Assembly (NCBI GenBank): GCA_002633005.1
Contig: NMRA01000069.1
Span: 1-32,278 of the forward strand
DNA: 32,278 nt
Source of the DNA: Phoronis australis
Taxonomy: Eukaryota > Animalia > Phoronida
Direction: 5' to 3'
Below are positions 12,032-23,178 of the stretch, one piece after another (the stretch's first letter is position 1; each line of letters starts with the position of its first letter). Both the position numbers and the translations under genes were made by a program. The notes under the pieces are model-generated. The model saw only the letters and a program-made list of their open reading frames with translations. It was not told the DNA's origin and searched no databases.

Positions 12032-12559
12032 NNNNNNNNNNNNNNNNNNNNNNNNNNNNNNNNNNNNNNNNNNNNNNNNNNNNNNNNNNNNNNNNNNNNN
12101 NNNNNNNNNNNNNNNNNNNNNNNNNNNNNNNNNNNNNNNNNNNNNNNNNNNNNNNNNNNNNNNNNNNNNNNNNNNNNNNNNNNNNNNNNNNNNNNNNNNN
12201 NNNNNNNNNNNNNNNNNNNNNNNNNNNNNNNNNNNNNNNNNNNNNNNNNNNNNNNNNNNNNNNNNNNNNNNNNNNNNNNNNNNNNNNNNNNNNNNNNNNN
12301 NNNNNNNNNNNNNNNNNNNNNNNNNNNNNNNNNNNNNNNNNNNNNNNNNNNNNNNNNNNNNNNNNNNNNNNNNNNNNNNNNNNNNNNNNNNNNNNNNNNN
12401 NNNNNNNNNNNNNNNNNNNNNNNNNNNNNNNNNNNNNNNNNNNNNNNNNNNNNNNNNNNNNNNNNNNNNNNNNNNNNNNNNNNNNNNNNNNNNNNNNNNN
12501 NNNNNNNNNNNNNNNNNNNNNNNNNNNNNNNNNNNNNNNNNNNNNNNNNNNNNNNNNNN
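12032..12559. other. Assembly gap
   Basis: Run of N. Confidence 1.
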
Positions 12560-13886
12560 ATAAAAGTAAATAATTACTATTTTCAGAAACCAAGGGTGTA
12601 TATAATGAGTATTGCATAAAACTGTGTCTTTATTTTTTATCCCTAGCCATAACAATTCTTTAAACGCATCACTTGTCTGTAAAATATACAAGTTTTTTGA
12701 GACAACTTCAAACCTTTGTTACCCATTTTCAAGCCTTTTTAATTTTGATACTTTCAGCAATTTAAAACTCAGATTACAGGTTCATGGGTCTGTCAAGCAT
12801 ACTTCTAGCCTAAGGTTGAGGGAACCGTTTTTCTTCTAATAGAAGATATGAAGACTTGGGTCATTTAAAAATGATGGATAATCTTTCTGTTGTTTACGAG
12901 TAATTACAAATCGTAAGGCACCATCAAAAATGCAATTTTCACAAAAATGGCAGTCATTTGAATTTATAACTACTTGCAACATTTCAAGGCATGAGTTAAG
13001 ACTATTCAGTCACTGTGAATTCGGAAAATGTAATATATTTCCGTGGTTTTACAATTGATACAGTACAAGTAGCAAAACAGTTTCATGAAATCAACTTGAA
13101 GGGACTTCGTGAAGGTTAAGAATTACCTCACCATGCTCTTTTCCCCAAACATGTATTACCTGTTATTTCCACACATTCAGTCCCAAATATTACAACCCCC
13201 CATGCCAATCCCCCTTGGGACCTGAATAAGTAATTTAACAAAAATGACTTTAAAAATTGCTGTTTCTTTTCAAAGGCTTTGTTCGTTGTCTCCAATATTG
13301 AAAGTAGGCTTTGACAACAGATCTGCACTGGATGGGAAGATCTTGTTGGTTAGCTGCAGTCAAATGCTAAAAAAATTTTTGTCCATTCAGGGACGGTACA
13401 GAAGCGATGCATATCTCCTCTGCACGGTATAAGCCTTCAAACCTAAAAACCAAAGGTTACGTGAAAACTGACGTGATATAATTCCATTTCAACGTGTAAT
13501 AGATTTCCAGGAGACATATGATAGGGAGTAAACAAATAGTCTAATACAATGGATATTTATCACTCACGTACCCTTTGCCATTGGGATTGGATTGTAATCT
13601 TAACTCATTAACCTGTATCGAGTTGACAGCATAAACATGCAGCATTGATTGATTTAACTGTCACTGATAAACTTTTAGAAATCATTCCAAACAATAATAA
13701 TGCTTTGATGTACGAAAAGATCCCGATTGCTACGTCAAGTATCGTATCACATATCATAACATACAAAGATTAACCAGACTCTGGCTGGCGACTGACTGCC
13801 GCGAAGTCGACATCGGCGAGTGCCTCAATTAACAGGCATCGGTAGAATAATCATGGAATAATCGTTGAAATAATCACAAACCTTAC

Positions 13887-13979
13887 CTTTGTATGAGGTC
13901 GTGCTTACTCCCTCTCATAGAAACAACCTTTTTACACAATCTCAGATTCAGTTGGCACGGCTGCAAGCCATTTCACCAT
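13887..13979 (-). pseudogene. SAP-motif first exon of the ISL2EU second gene (copy B, frameshifted)
   Basis: LQPCQLNLRLCKKVVSMRGSKHDLIQR followed by a GTAAGG donor. It is out of frame with the ATG at 13979. Confidence 0.55.
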
Positions 13980-15404
13980 GTATTTAAAGGGCTCGCGAAA
14001 TCGAGGCTGTTTATCTATCACCACTAGTACACGCACGCCCTCTAGTTATTGTAGATTTTCCGAATAGCCCCATTGGTTTCACTTCATTATATGTTTTTGG
14101 AATTTTGATATCAGTGAACCGAATTTTAGAACAAATTTTGCTGAGATGTTGTCATCATCTAACATTTTGGAAGTGGCGCGTGTCCAAATGAACTTTTTTC
14201 AAAACGACGATATACGTTTTTTCGTTAAAAAAGGCAGAGAATTACGCAAGAAGATGACGTCGGATGTTTCTCACTTAAACGGCCGTAACGGGCAACTTGA
14301 ATGCCAATTGACTTCCAGATTTTGCATGCACACCCGCCGGTCTTGAGCTCATGTTGATAGAAGCTTTTCGACGAGGTGACAAGCGTAACTATCCGGGCTG
14401 TGTGAAGTATCGAGGTCTGTTTGGTCTCAATAAGCAGTGGCACCTTGCTGTATTTTGAAAATAGTCTTCATGCAACTAGCTGGCTAGATAGGAAGGCTCT
14501 AGTTTCGAAAAAAAATTTTACTGCGAAAGTGACAAAAATTTCTGAATGATGATGGATGATGGATGACACTATAAACCGATCAGTCTTCCGTTTTCATGCG
14601 CCCATGATTTAATATCGGCGCTATGTTCAAACCATTGTTTATGTTGTTCCTAAAATAAAGTTGGGTTCTATTGCTGTACCAGCATATTAAGAAATTATAC
14701 AGAAATAAGCAATAATTCTCTGTGGCAAATTGCAATATACAGCGTGATGACGTGATCATCAAGAGCAATAATGGATGAGCGCAAATGCGTGATGCTTGTT
14801 GAGCATTCCGCTGCATGTAAACACTTGAGGTCGTGTATTGAGTGTTGTATTCTGATCGTTATGCAATTTTACTGTTAAATTTCAAATTCCGTGCTTGTTT
14901 TTGTGCAAAATGTACTGTATAAAAAGTCTCATATCTAAATTTAGAAATTATGCTTCCGCGATATCACTTAACATTTGATTTTTCCACGCCGTCATTAATT
15001 CAACATAAAGTTTTAGGCTGGTGTAATGTCACGCACTTCGTACATGTATTTGTAGGTTGATTCGATTTTATTTCTTTTCAATAGTTGATCAGAAGTTGAT
15101 AAACCGATGTCAAGACCTGAGTTGCCAGTGGTGAACGAGCAGCGAGCAGTTAAATGTTTGTTTGGCCAAAGTTCACCCGTTAAGTCATAAAATGGTAATT
15201 GCCGACCAAGGACACGCTTAATCCGAATTGGTCGTCTACACTAGGTGACCACTTAGCCGACCCAAGTGCCGACCACAGAGGCGACTCAGTAGACGGCACC
15301 TAGCCGACCGTTGTTGGTCGGCTGCTGGTCGGCTAGACGACCGGTCGACGGCCGGTCGTCGACCAATTTCCGACCGGTCGGCCAAAAATTCGTGATGTGT
15401 GCTG

Positions 15405-15810
15405 TATGTCTCTGCCAAGCAAATCATCTCTGGAAAATACTTGGATGTCCGCACTTACAGGAAAAAGGCTAAGTCCTTAGTACATGTGTTCATGTACTGC
15501 TCACATGTCCATCACATGTCTTTGCCATGTCGATCCACCTGTATAAGTAGTGCTTTATGCGGGCCACAAACTTGTAAGCTGTCTCTCTCCTCACACCCCT
15601 CGCTTCCCGGAACTGCTAGCGGAAGCCTTCCTCAGGCAGCTCATATCGCTTCAACAAGGCTCTTTTTAGTGTAGCATATCTAGTTCATCAGCCATATCGT
15701 CCCGCTTTTCGTCAAACTTGGGAAGCTTCGCCTTCACCGCACCAGTTGTTCATGAAGGATTTCTCTCAGCTTTCAGTGCTGCTAGCGCCCTCTCGTGTGC
15801 AATCTTCTAA
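15405..15810 (-). pseudogene. Ty3/Gypsy gag remnant (SCAN-like capsid region), 5' part
   Basis: Contains KAKLPKFDEKRDDM, YATLKRALLKRYELPEEGFR*QFREARG..ETAYKFVARIKHYLYRWIDMAK and EQYMNTCTKDLAFFL*VRTSKYFPEMICLAET, with deletions and stops. Confidence 0.82.
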
Positions 15811-16849
15811 ATTTTTCCCTACCTTACCACTGTAAGGAATACATTATCACTGTAATGACATCATGACTCATGTCAATCAAGTGCTATCTGGTGTTACGCA
15901 AACAGGACGATAGAACAAAAGAGTTAAACGAACAACAGAGTCTATTTTGTCCTGACACATACATGTAGTGCAATACTTTTGCACGATGCCTTTCATAGTA
16001 AGGTTCCCCTCTACAAGGGGCCCTTTTTGGAGGGGCAGGCCTCCATAATTAACCATCTGTGCTCTATTAATTGGGCACTGTCAACTTTTCACGACGGTAA
16101 TAAAGAAAATGAAATTGTTCGAGGAAACAACAGAACATTTTAATGGAACAAGGCTCCGCTCATTGGATGGAATAGATGCGTGTGCCTTCTGCGAGGAGCT
16201 TTTTCAGGTGAGGTTGAAATTTCCCCGTCACTGCCAATGTCTCCATTCAGTCGAAGCCCTTCACGAGCTCCGTTATCCTTTGCCAAACTTGACGTTTTTT
16301 GCTGCTTCCAAATCGCCGTCTAACACTCACTGGTAATCTTAGGAGCGCACCTCGTGCCGCTGGCTCCTGTAACTGCTCAACTCGGGCCACCGTAGACAAT
16401 AAGTCACTTCCACCTTCTTCTGTCTGGAAGCGTACATTTCATTCAGGCTCTAACACAAATAAAATGCAGAGAAGCTTACCAATGACAGCGACAAAAACAA
16501 AAGCGTTAGGTATGTGCTGTCTCGCGTTAGAGAAAGTGTTAATTTTGATGTTCGGCTGTATTGAAGGGCAGTTAAGTGTTTAGACCAACCACTAATTGCC
16601 GAGTAACGTTCTGAAGTAGCCAACAAAATAGCATACGTTAAAACGACACCCAAAAGGGACATGAAAGAATAACGTAAATCATAGTTTTTCCCAATTGATT
16701 CATACATGTAGATTTGAGGTTCCTTACCATTCAAAATAAAAGAAAGCACTTCAATCGTCACTCTCAAAAATAACTTTAAAATGCAAACCACTACTCCAGA
16801 CTTGCCAGTCCCATTGACATCATTCCAACTTCCCGGCAACCATGAAATA

Positions 16850-17480
16850 ACCCTATACAGATCAAGATGTGGTCTATTCCTATACAACGAGAAATTTAGA
16901 TATGATTTTAATAATATTTCGCCTCTGTGTTCCTGTGGAGATACCCAGACATATCCTCATGTTTTCTTTGCTTGTGAGGTATGCAAGGAGGAGAGGGTGC
17001 AGCTCTTCCAGTCACTCGAACAATACCCAAATGTGTATCAAAATATTCTGAAATTCCGCAATTGTACAACAAAATTAATTTCTTTCTATATGGATGTCAA
17101 GAACTTAACTCAAACAAAAATAAGGTTTTATTTGAAATAGTATCAGAATTTCTTTATAACATTAAATCTCTTTGTGTGAGTGGATACAATTTCATACATC
17201 TGTATGAAAATGAATTATTTTCATTCGTTATCACATATCATTGTATTCTTAACATCATTTTTTTATTTATATATTCAAATAAAATATTTATAGACTTCTT
17301 TGTATTTTTACCCAGATCTAATGCCTCTTGGCGCTTTCTGGGTTATGTATATTCATTTTATTCTGAAGATTTCGTAGTAAACATTAAAAAAACGAGGTTC
17401 GACGGGTCAACTGACTCAAATTCCTACTGGACTGGTTTGAATAGGCAACATGAAAATATATCTTTGAAAGTGAATTAACC
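16850..17480 (+). mobile_element. 5'-truncated CR1-group non-LTR retrotransposon (ORF2 C-terminus plus 3'UTR)
   Basis: Cys/His motif SPLCSCGDTQTYPHVFFACEVCKEERVQLF, then frameshifted FLYGCQELNSNKNKVLFEIVSEFL and an AT-rich 3'UTR. Boundaries are approximate. Confidence 0.8.
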
Positions 17481-18231
17481 TAAAGTGTATAGGTGTAAAC
17501 TCTAGACTCTTACGATTTTAGTTGCGCAATGCTATGTGATCAACCTAACCCAGACTATGTTCTCCACATTAAGGCTGCAAACACTGGACATGCGTACTTG
17601 TGAAATGTGGGATTCCTCATGAAGCCAGGGATGTGGGTGAAGTATAAGTAATTTTTACCTTGGGGAGTTTTTAATCACTGAAACGGAACGTTTGGTCCCG
17701 GAAGGGGGAAATAAGCATGATCTTTATGTTTGTCAGAAAAAATGAGGCAGATGTTCGGCCCCAAACTTGAAACACCGAAGGAGCTGTGACATGCACAGCT
17801 GCATCAAAACATGGGACACAAACAAACTACGAAGTGAGGCAGTATAAAAATCCCATTGACCAGAATCGACAGATAGAAGAACCTTAGACCGCTGTTAGCA
17901 ATTTGCTCTATGGGTAAAGATAAAGATAAAGATAAAAAACGGCACTTTCGCAATGAACATCAGTGGAGAGCTAATGGCCCATGGACCCCTTAAAATTCTC
18001 CCATATTCCAATTGGCAATTCCGTAGTGAGAATGTGTGTTGAGCAAAATTCTGTCTAATACTGTGCCCTGGCTTCCCCAACTCAAAATCCTGGATCCACC
18101 CCTGTACATATAGTACTAGATGGTCATCAAAATGTAATATGCGAGGTATCAGAATTCTCTCAAGTACGAGCGCGAGGTATGCAACGAGAGGTACATTAAT
18201 TTGGGCTCATGTTATTCTACGCTACTTGTTG

Positions 18232-18725
18232 NTGTGCCCGGCATACACCCCACAAATCTAAACCAGGGTATGCCAATAAAAAATTGAGCTGGATTATGTA
18301 TTCGAGGTACCCGCCAACACTGATTTAAACGAACAATTGTACGGCACTGAACACCAAATGACACATGGTAGACAAATTGCACTCTAGAATGGGCCCGGTT
18401 GAAACCCAAAAAGGGCTCCCAAAAATGACCTAGCACACACATTCAAAGTAACACAAAAACAATTCCATATGATTCAATACATGTTACTGGCCACTAAATG
18501 CCCTATGACAGACACTCTGGAATGTGCCCGGCAGAAACCCCCAAAGACCTCAACCACAGTATGTTATCAAAAATTTAAACTACACTAGATTTCCGAGGTA
18601 CCGGCTAAATCTGATGTAAAACGAACAATAGTACCGCACTGAACACCGGATGACCCAAGACAGACAGACTCCACTCTGGAATGGGTCTAGCAGAAAGCAA
18701 AAGGATACCTCCCCAAGAATGAGCC
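18232..18725. repeat. Degenerate tandem repeat, ~290-bp dimer of ~130-160-bp subunits
   Basis: The block TGTGCCCGGCA...CGAGGTACC...AAACGAACAAT.GTAC.GCACTGAACACC occurs at ~18233 and ~18523. The CACTCT.GAATG motif recurs at ~18380, ~18513 and ~18672. Confidence 0.75.
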
Positions 18726-18744
18726 TTCAGCAACATCCGACTAT

Positions 18745-19360
18745 TTGCTGAATAATGCAACTGGTAAAGCAGCCGCATCAGAAACCAAAGAGTATTTAAC
18801 AGGGTGCCTTGATGTTGGACGCAAAATGCGATTAGAATTCCAAGACCAGTGTTCAACTGATAAAAAGGGTTTTTTGAAGCCCACGAGAAGACAAAAAGTG
18901 TTCAACTTCCTTAAAGTAAGTATAAACAATAAGCAGCCTCTTTCTAGGACAAGTCAGCAACTGAGAGCCTTCGAGACGTTTTCATTCGTTTACTCGTTAT
19001 CTTTTCGGATGTGTCAGTTTTTGACTTGAGATATGTGCTGACGTTTCCAATTATGCATTACCCATCGCCCATTGCGCTCTATGACAGGTCCATGATCAAG
19101 TTTAGAAAAAAGCAAGTTGCTAGGTAAATTTGAGGGTTTCCACGGAGGCTTCTTGGGAAAACTCATTCCGTTGATGGACGAGACATTCATAGATGGGGGA
19201 CTCTCGGTGTACACATTTCTGTCTCCCAGTGGAAACATCGTATCGTATGGAAATCTGGCCCGAAACCTTCAAGCCTACAGTACGTCTCTGCAAGCTCAAG
19301 TAAGGAGGCCCATGTCTTATTTCATAAAAACGCACTCTCTGAAGAGTAGCGAGCGGAANA
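18745..19360 (+). pseudogene. Academ-type transposase fragment
   Basis: LNNATGKAAASETKEYLTGCLDVGRKMRLEFQDQC..FLKPTRRQKVFNF, LRDVFIRLLV..FDLRYVLTFPI..PSPIALYDRSMIK, KSKLL..TFIDGG..SYGNLA..SLKSSER occur in the motif order I recall for the Academ transposase C-terminal half. It is frameshifted and no termini were seen. Confidence 0.7.
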
Positions 19361-19630
19361 CCCTTTTGTTACAATGCGAGCAGGATTGGTTCATTATGTA
19401 CCCTAGAAATAGTATACGACTTTACAAAACCGGTTGTTTTTGTTATAAACGTTTGTTTGAAAGGCTTAATTTTGGAAATGTTAGGACATAAGGCGGAAAT
19501 TTAATAATCATTTGTCCGCTTACAAAAAATTAACACTGAGGAGTAAAAAGAACCTTCACAACCCCTAGTGTTCCTGTTTTTTTGTTTGCAAAGAGGTTGA
19601 AACTCGGGTTAGCTGGTTGTATTTCCATAG

Positions 19631-21015
19631 ACGGCAATGCACTTATCTAAGATGGTCTAGTGATTGTGTGCGGCATACATTCGACATGAAATGAGTGTGT
19701 ACCTGGTGTTGAATTGCGAGACAGATTTTGAGAAGGCAAGTTGGTTATTTCTGGAGTATAAATGCGATCTTTATTGATGTTAAAGGTTTTACCAGCTATC
19801 AATTTATATGTAAACAGATTTATAAATCAGCTAAATCGGTGATACAAATCACGAGAAATTCTGCGCTTAGTGCTGAGGTAGTAACCAACTGATTAGTGGT
19901 AGCGAAGGTGACCAATTTGGTTAATTCATACACTAGACTATTGCTGAATTGCCTCGTAAAGACAGGAGTTCGTGAATCACTAACTTTTGAAATAGTTTAG
20001 CGGACAATTTTCGCCAAAAATTATTATGTAATATTCATCGAAAAGGAGAAAAGAACAATGGATAATTGAGAATTAAGTCAGTAGTGGTAGTACTAGTAGG
20101 CCTACCAGAAATTCTTAAAAAGCATCCGTCATCAAAATGTCATTAACCTTTAAACAAGACATAAGGTTTTTCTCCCACAGCCGATTATTGGGTATCTGTA
20201 CGCTATGGAAGCTAACACCTTTGCATTTCGCCTGTGTGTCCGAACACCCTGCCACACAGCGACCGACCATAATTAGCAGACGACGTACTTGCCGAAAATT
20301 ACACCAGATAATTTGGCCAGGTGACGATAGTCAATAATGACGTAACAGCTTGTGCGAAACAGCACAGATTCCTTCCATTGAAAGTATACGAAGTTGGCAG
20401 TCCGTGGACTAAAGTCTATGGTGATACTGAGTGGTTTTTAAGAATAGAAAATTATTCAGTTAAAAATTCAATATTTACATCTGAACAGCGTGGAAATGCC
20501 CGTTTGAAATACTATACTTTTTAGAAAGCAGGATTTACATGTAGCTCCGCCAAAGGCATCTTTGGGACTGAGAGTTTACGGCTTCGATACCTTCCTGCTA
20601 ATTATTTAATGTTTTATTCATAATTATAGTGTCTTTTCAATGAATTATTTTGCTACCTGGTCTGATAATTACAATGGGGTGACGCGTGCAAAATCTCTTT
20701 CATCAAGTAGTACTTGGAGCAATAAAGACACAAATATGATAGACACTTTACACCATGCTGTCAGCTGTACTGTCTTCTTACCGAGGCAATTTTTTTGATT
20801 TTGTAGGCATGGTGGAAAAATCTACAAATACGGGCGTCATTCTTGGAATCGTTGGGGCACTGTTGATCATAGTGGTCGCCAGTGGTATCGTATACTACTT
20901 GGTTAAGAAAAAGTGGAGGCAGAAGGTGGTGCAGGCAGATGAAGAGGTGAAGGATGCACAGGAGAAAGGTGCCAACGCAGAAAATAAAGAAAAAGGTTTG
21001 GTAGAATCTAGATAA
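19631..21015 (+). pseudogene. Three-exon pseudogene of a single-pass membrane protein, possibly C-type-lectin-like
   Basis: Phase-1 acceptors precede 19631, 20181 and 20807. Exon A (105 nt, ST*NEC) and exon B (DYWVSV...CAKQHRFL) have in-frame stops. Exon C encodes a transmembrane helix and charged tail. Confidence 0.5.
20807..21015 (+). CDS. Transmembrane and cytoplasmic-tail exon (open frame; expression unknown)
   Basis: A TTTTGTAG acceptor precedes GVILGIVGALLIIVVASGIVYYLV, followed by a KKKWRQK stop-transfer signal and a charged tail. Confidence 0.65.
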
Positions 21016-21298
21016 AGAGAAACTAGGAATTGGTAAAGAGCGTCGTTCTCCTGCTGACATTAGTGAAAAACTTATGAAAAACGGCATTTGAAGTAAAAAT
21101 ATAGCATCAAACGATATGGTATTCAAGGTCGAAGGAACATATTTGGCTAAGAAGCCGCTATAAATAGCATAAAATAGAAAGGCAAGAATCGTAATGTACG
21201 ACGGTGGTTTTGCTGACTGTTAAACTCTCATATACATGCATATATTACTAGCACAATTAATGAACAATAAAAAAGGCTTACAAACTGTGACTGTTTTT

Positions 21299-21316
21299 TG
21301 TGTGTGTTTGTGTGTG

Positions 21317-21359
<43 letters not shown>

Positions 21360-21373
21360 GTGCGTGCATGTGT
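21299..21373. repeat. (TG)n microsatellite
   Basis: Directly visible, with interruptions. Confidence 0.97.
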
Positions 21374-21399
21374 AACGTCACACAGAAATTGACGATTAA

Positions 21400-22419
21400 T
21401 GTATCGAATGGGCGTGTACCTAACACACTTTTATCACTAAGGGCATTTTTCTCTGTTACACTTTAAGTCGTGTCGTAAGCATTGAAGTAGGCACTATCTG
21501 GGAGGGTGTTTAGCACAGCCGTTGAACACTTTGTTCACAGTGATGTGCATCGTTCCAATAGCGTTTGACTGAGACGCAGAGTCTTCATATAATCGATGAA
21601 ATTTTCGAAGTTTAGGTTCAACCCTTTAAGAAGAGAAGTGTGCCCAGAACGATCCTGTCTCGGATCACAGCGTTCGCACAGCCTGTACATTATTCACAGG
21701 CTTTGTTCAGAGTTCTGCTTGCGGAGTGAAAGTTTTGAAAAGTTTCGTCAGGTAGATGTATCCTGCAGTTAAACGCATACCGTTCGTATGTCTCGCTCAC
21801 ATTTCCGATGGCAAATTTATTGAAACCGGTGATAATTTCGTCCAGTGTTCTATCTCGTTCCTCCGTGTTGAACATGAACTCATTGTGTACTTGAGTGCCT
21901 CGTAACCTATTGCGTGGATAAAAAGTGCCACTTGGTAGGGAGCTCAGTGGTGTCAATTCAAGTTGGGTGATTGTTGAGTACTACCCTAATTTTTATTCGA
22001 AGGACTTTCAGTTTTCAGCGGCATTGGCACACAAGATCAGGGCGATGTGGACTTAATAGCGGTGATTGCCGTTGGACAGGGTTGTTGTCATTTATAATTT
22101 TCCGATATCAGAGTTTAGCCGTAAATGAATAAATGTATCTTAAACCTTTAACACAGACGTTGGGGATTATCGTGAAGAGTAAATGTTGTGGGAGCAGTCT
22201 ATTAGATTCAACAAACCGTTGCTACCATGCTTCGTGGCTGCACCGTAACGAGAATGAGTGTACTAAAGAGAAGGAGGTCTGATCAACGTCCGACGTTACA
22301 TTCACCGCAATACTATGACAACTATTGGTCAAGACACTAACTGTATTCGGGTAACAGCTGTCAGCAACACAAAGTATTGGATTGGATTTTTTAGAAGATG
22401 AGATTTTCATTTATTAACA
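21400..22419 (-). mobile_element. Ty3/Gypsy LTR retrotransposon remnant: putative 5' LTR, PBS and decayed gag
   Basis: A candidate LTR TG..CA spans 22419-22228, followed immediately by PBS TGGTAGCA (initiator-Met-like). Gag reads AENWKSF, LDEIITGFNKFAIGNVSETYERYAFNCR..ETF..RTLNKACE*..IRDRIVLG and ends in an eroded Cys region (REKCP). No pol or 3' LTR was found. Confidence 0.78.
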
Positions 22420-22649
22420 TTTCACGGTTATAAATAGTACAAATAAATTTAGTCTATTGAAAAACAATCATACGTGTATCAATTTGGGCAAGAACTAAAC
22501 ATTGCACTAATTGTTATATAATGTATTCTTTTACCACACTTCTGTCTATGGATTTATCCCCACATGATTGACATTTTAGACCTCTCCTCTCCTGGAGACA
22601 TGTTATGGACTCAAAACATGAGTGCTCAGTTAATAAACATTTCAAATAG

Positions 22650-23178
22650 ATTGAAAGCTTCTGAACACAACCAAAATATAACACTAATGAACAATTATAG
22701 TAAAAACTAAAACATTAATACCGTATGTATGTTTAGCCCAAAACACACGCACATTTGTATGAAATAGATCACGTCGAAGAGAAAAATCTTCCAGCAGAAG
22801 AATCGAAAAAGCTAGAATATGACAAATTAATGTTCAAAGGAGCAGCTGGTTTAACAATTTCAGTATGTGTTGACTTGTCTTGTTTTCAAGAATCTCCGTA
22901 TATTCCACGCAATTCACGGAATGAACCATTACATGTATGTAGACTGGCACATGAAGGTTTATCTCCCTGCACGTGCAGTCGCTTTTGCCAGGTTCACGTA
23001 TCAAAGCAGGAATAGTCACTAGTGTTCAATTCGTAGCACATGACAAGTATGGTGACAAACAGGAGGACACCTACGGACGTGAAGACTCTCCATCTCGCAG
23101 TGCCTTCAGTAAAGAATCTTTCGTTTGTCCCTTTTTTCTTGTCTGGTTGATTGCCATTTTCACTTTCATCTTTGACAC
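22650..23178 (-). pseudogene. Possible decayed membrane-protein exon
   Basis: The acceptor CTTTCTCTCGTTAG precedes a charged segment and the hydrophobic VFTSVGVLLFVTILVMCY. Further hydrophobic stretches follow a frameshift. The family is not recognised. Confidence 0.3.

Larger units (their letters stand above)
11164..14071. mobile_element. ISL2EU-like (PIF/Harbinger-related) DNA transposon, copy B, nested in CAG copy 1
   Basis: Termini are GGGGCTATTC...GAATAGCCCC, with AT duplicated at 11162-11163 and 14072-14073. The empty site GATCAGA-AT-TGGTTTC is visible in copy 2 at ~31068-31083. Convergent THAP and SAP relics lie at the two ends. The element contains an N gap. Confidence 0.88.
7420..15404. 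mobile_element. CAG..CTG TIR DNA transposon, copy 1, non-autonomous, 5075 bp without the nested ISL2EU
   Basis: A TIR of ~66 bp (CAGCACACATCACGAATTTTTG.CCG.CCGGTCGGAAATTGGTCGACGAC) starts at 7420 and its reverse complement ends at 15404. Both ends have subterminal AGCCGACC/GGTCGGCT repeats and TA flanks. A second copy starts at 27451 with a different flank, and the flanks of copy 1 rejoin into one Gypsy gag. Confidence 0.93.

Noticed and set aside
11937-12691. Long ORFs of 200+ aa, and similar ones at 30497-31178
   Set aside because: These are artefacts of translating through N gaps.
16150-16440. Myb/SANT-like snippet KKRQVWQRITE on the minus strand
   Set aside because: It is a single short motif without the other conserved tryptophans, and no coherent frame supports it.
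18085-18104. hAT-like end TGGATCCACCCCTG
   Set aside because: No left terminus or 8-bp TSD was identified.
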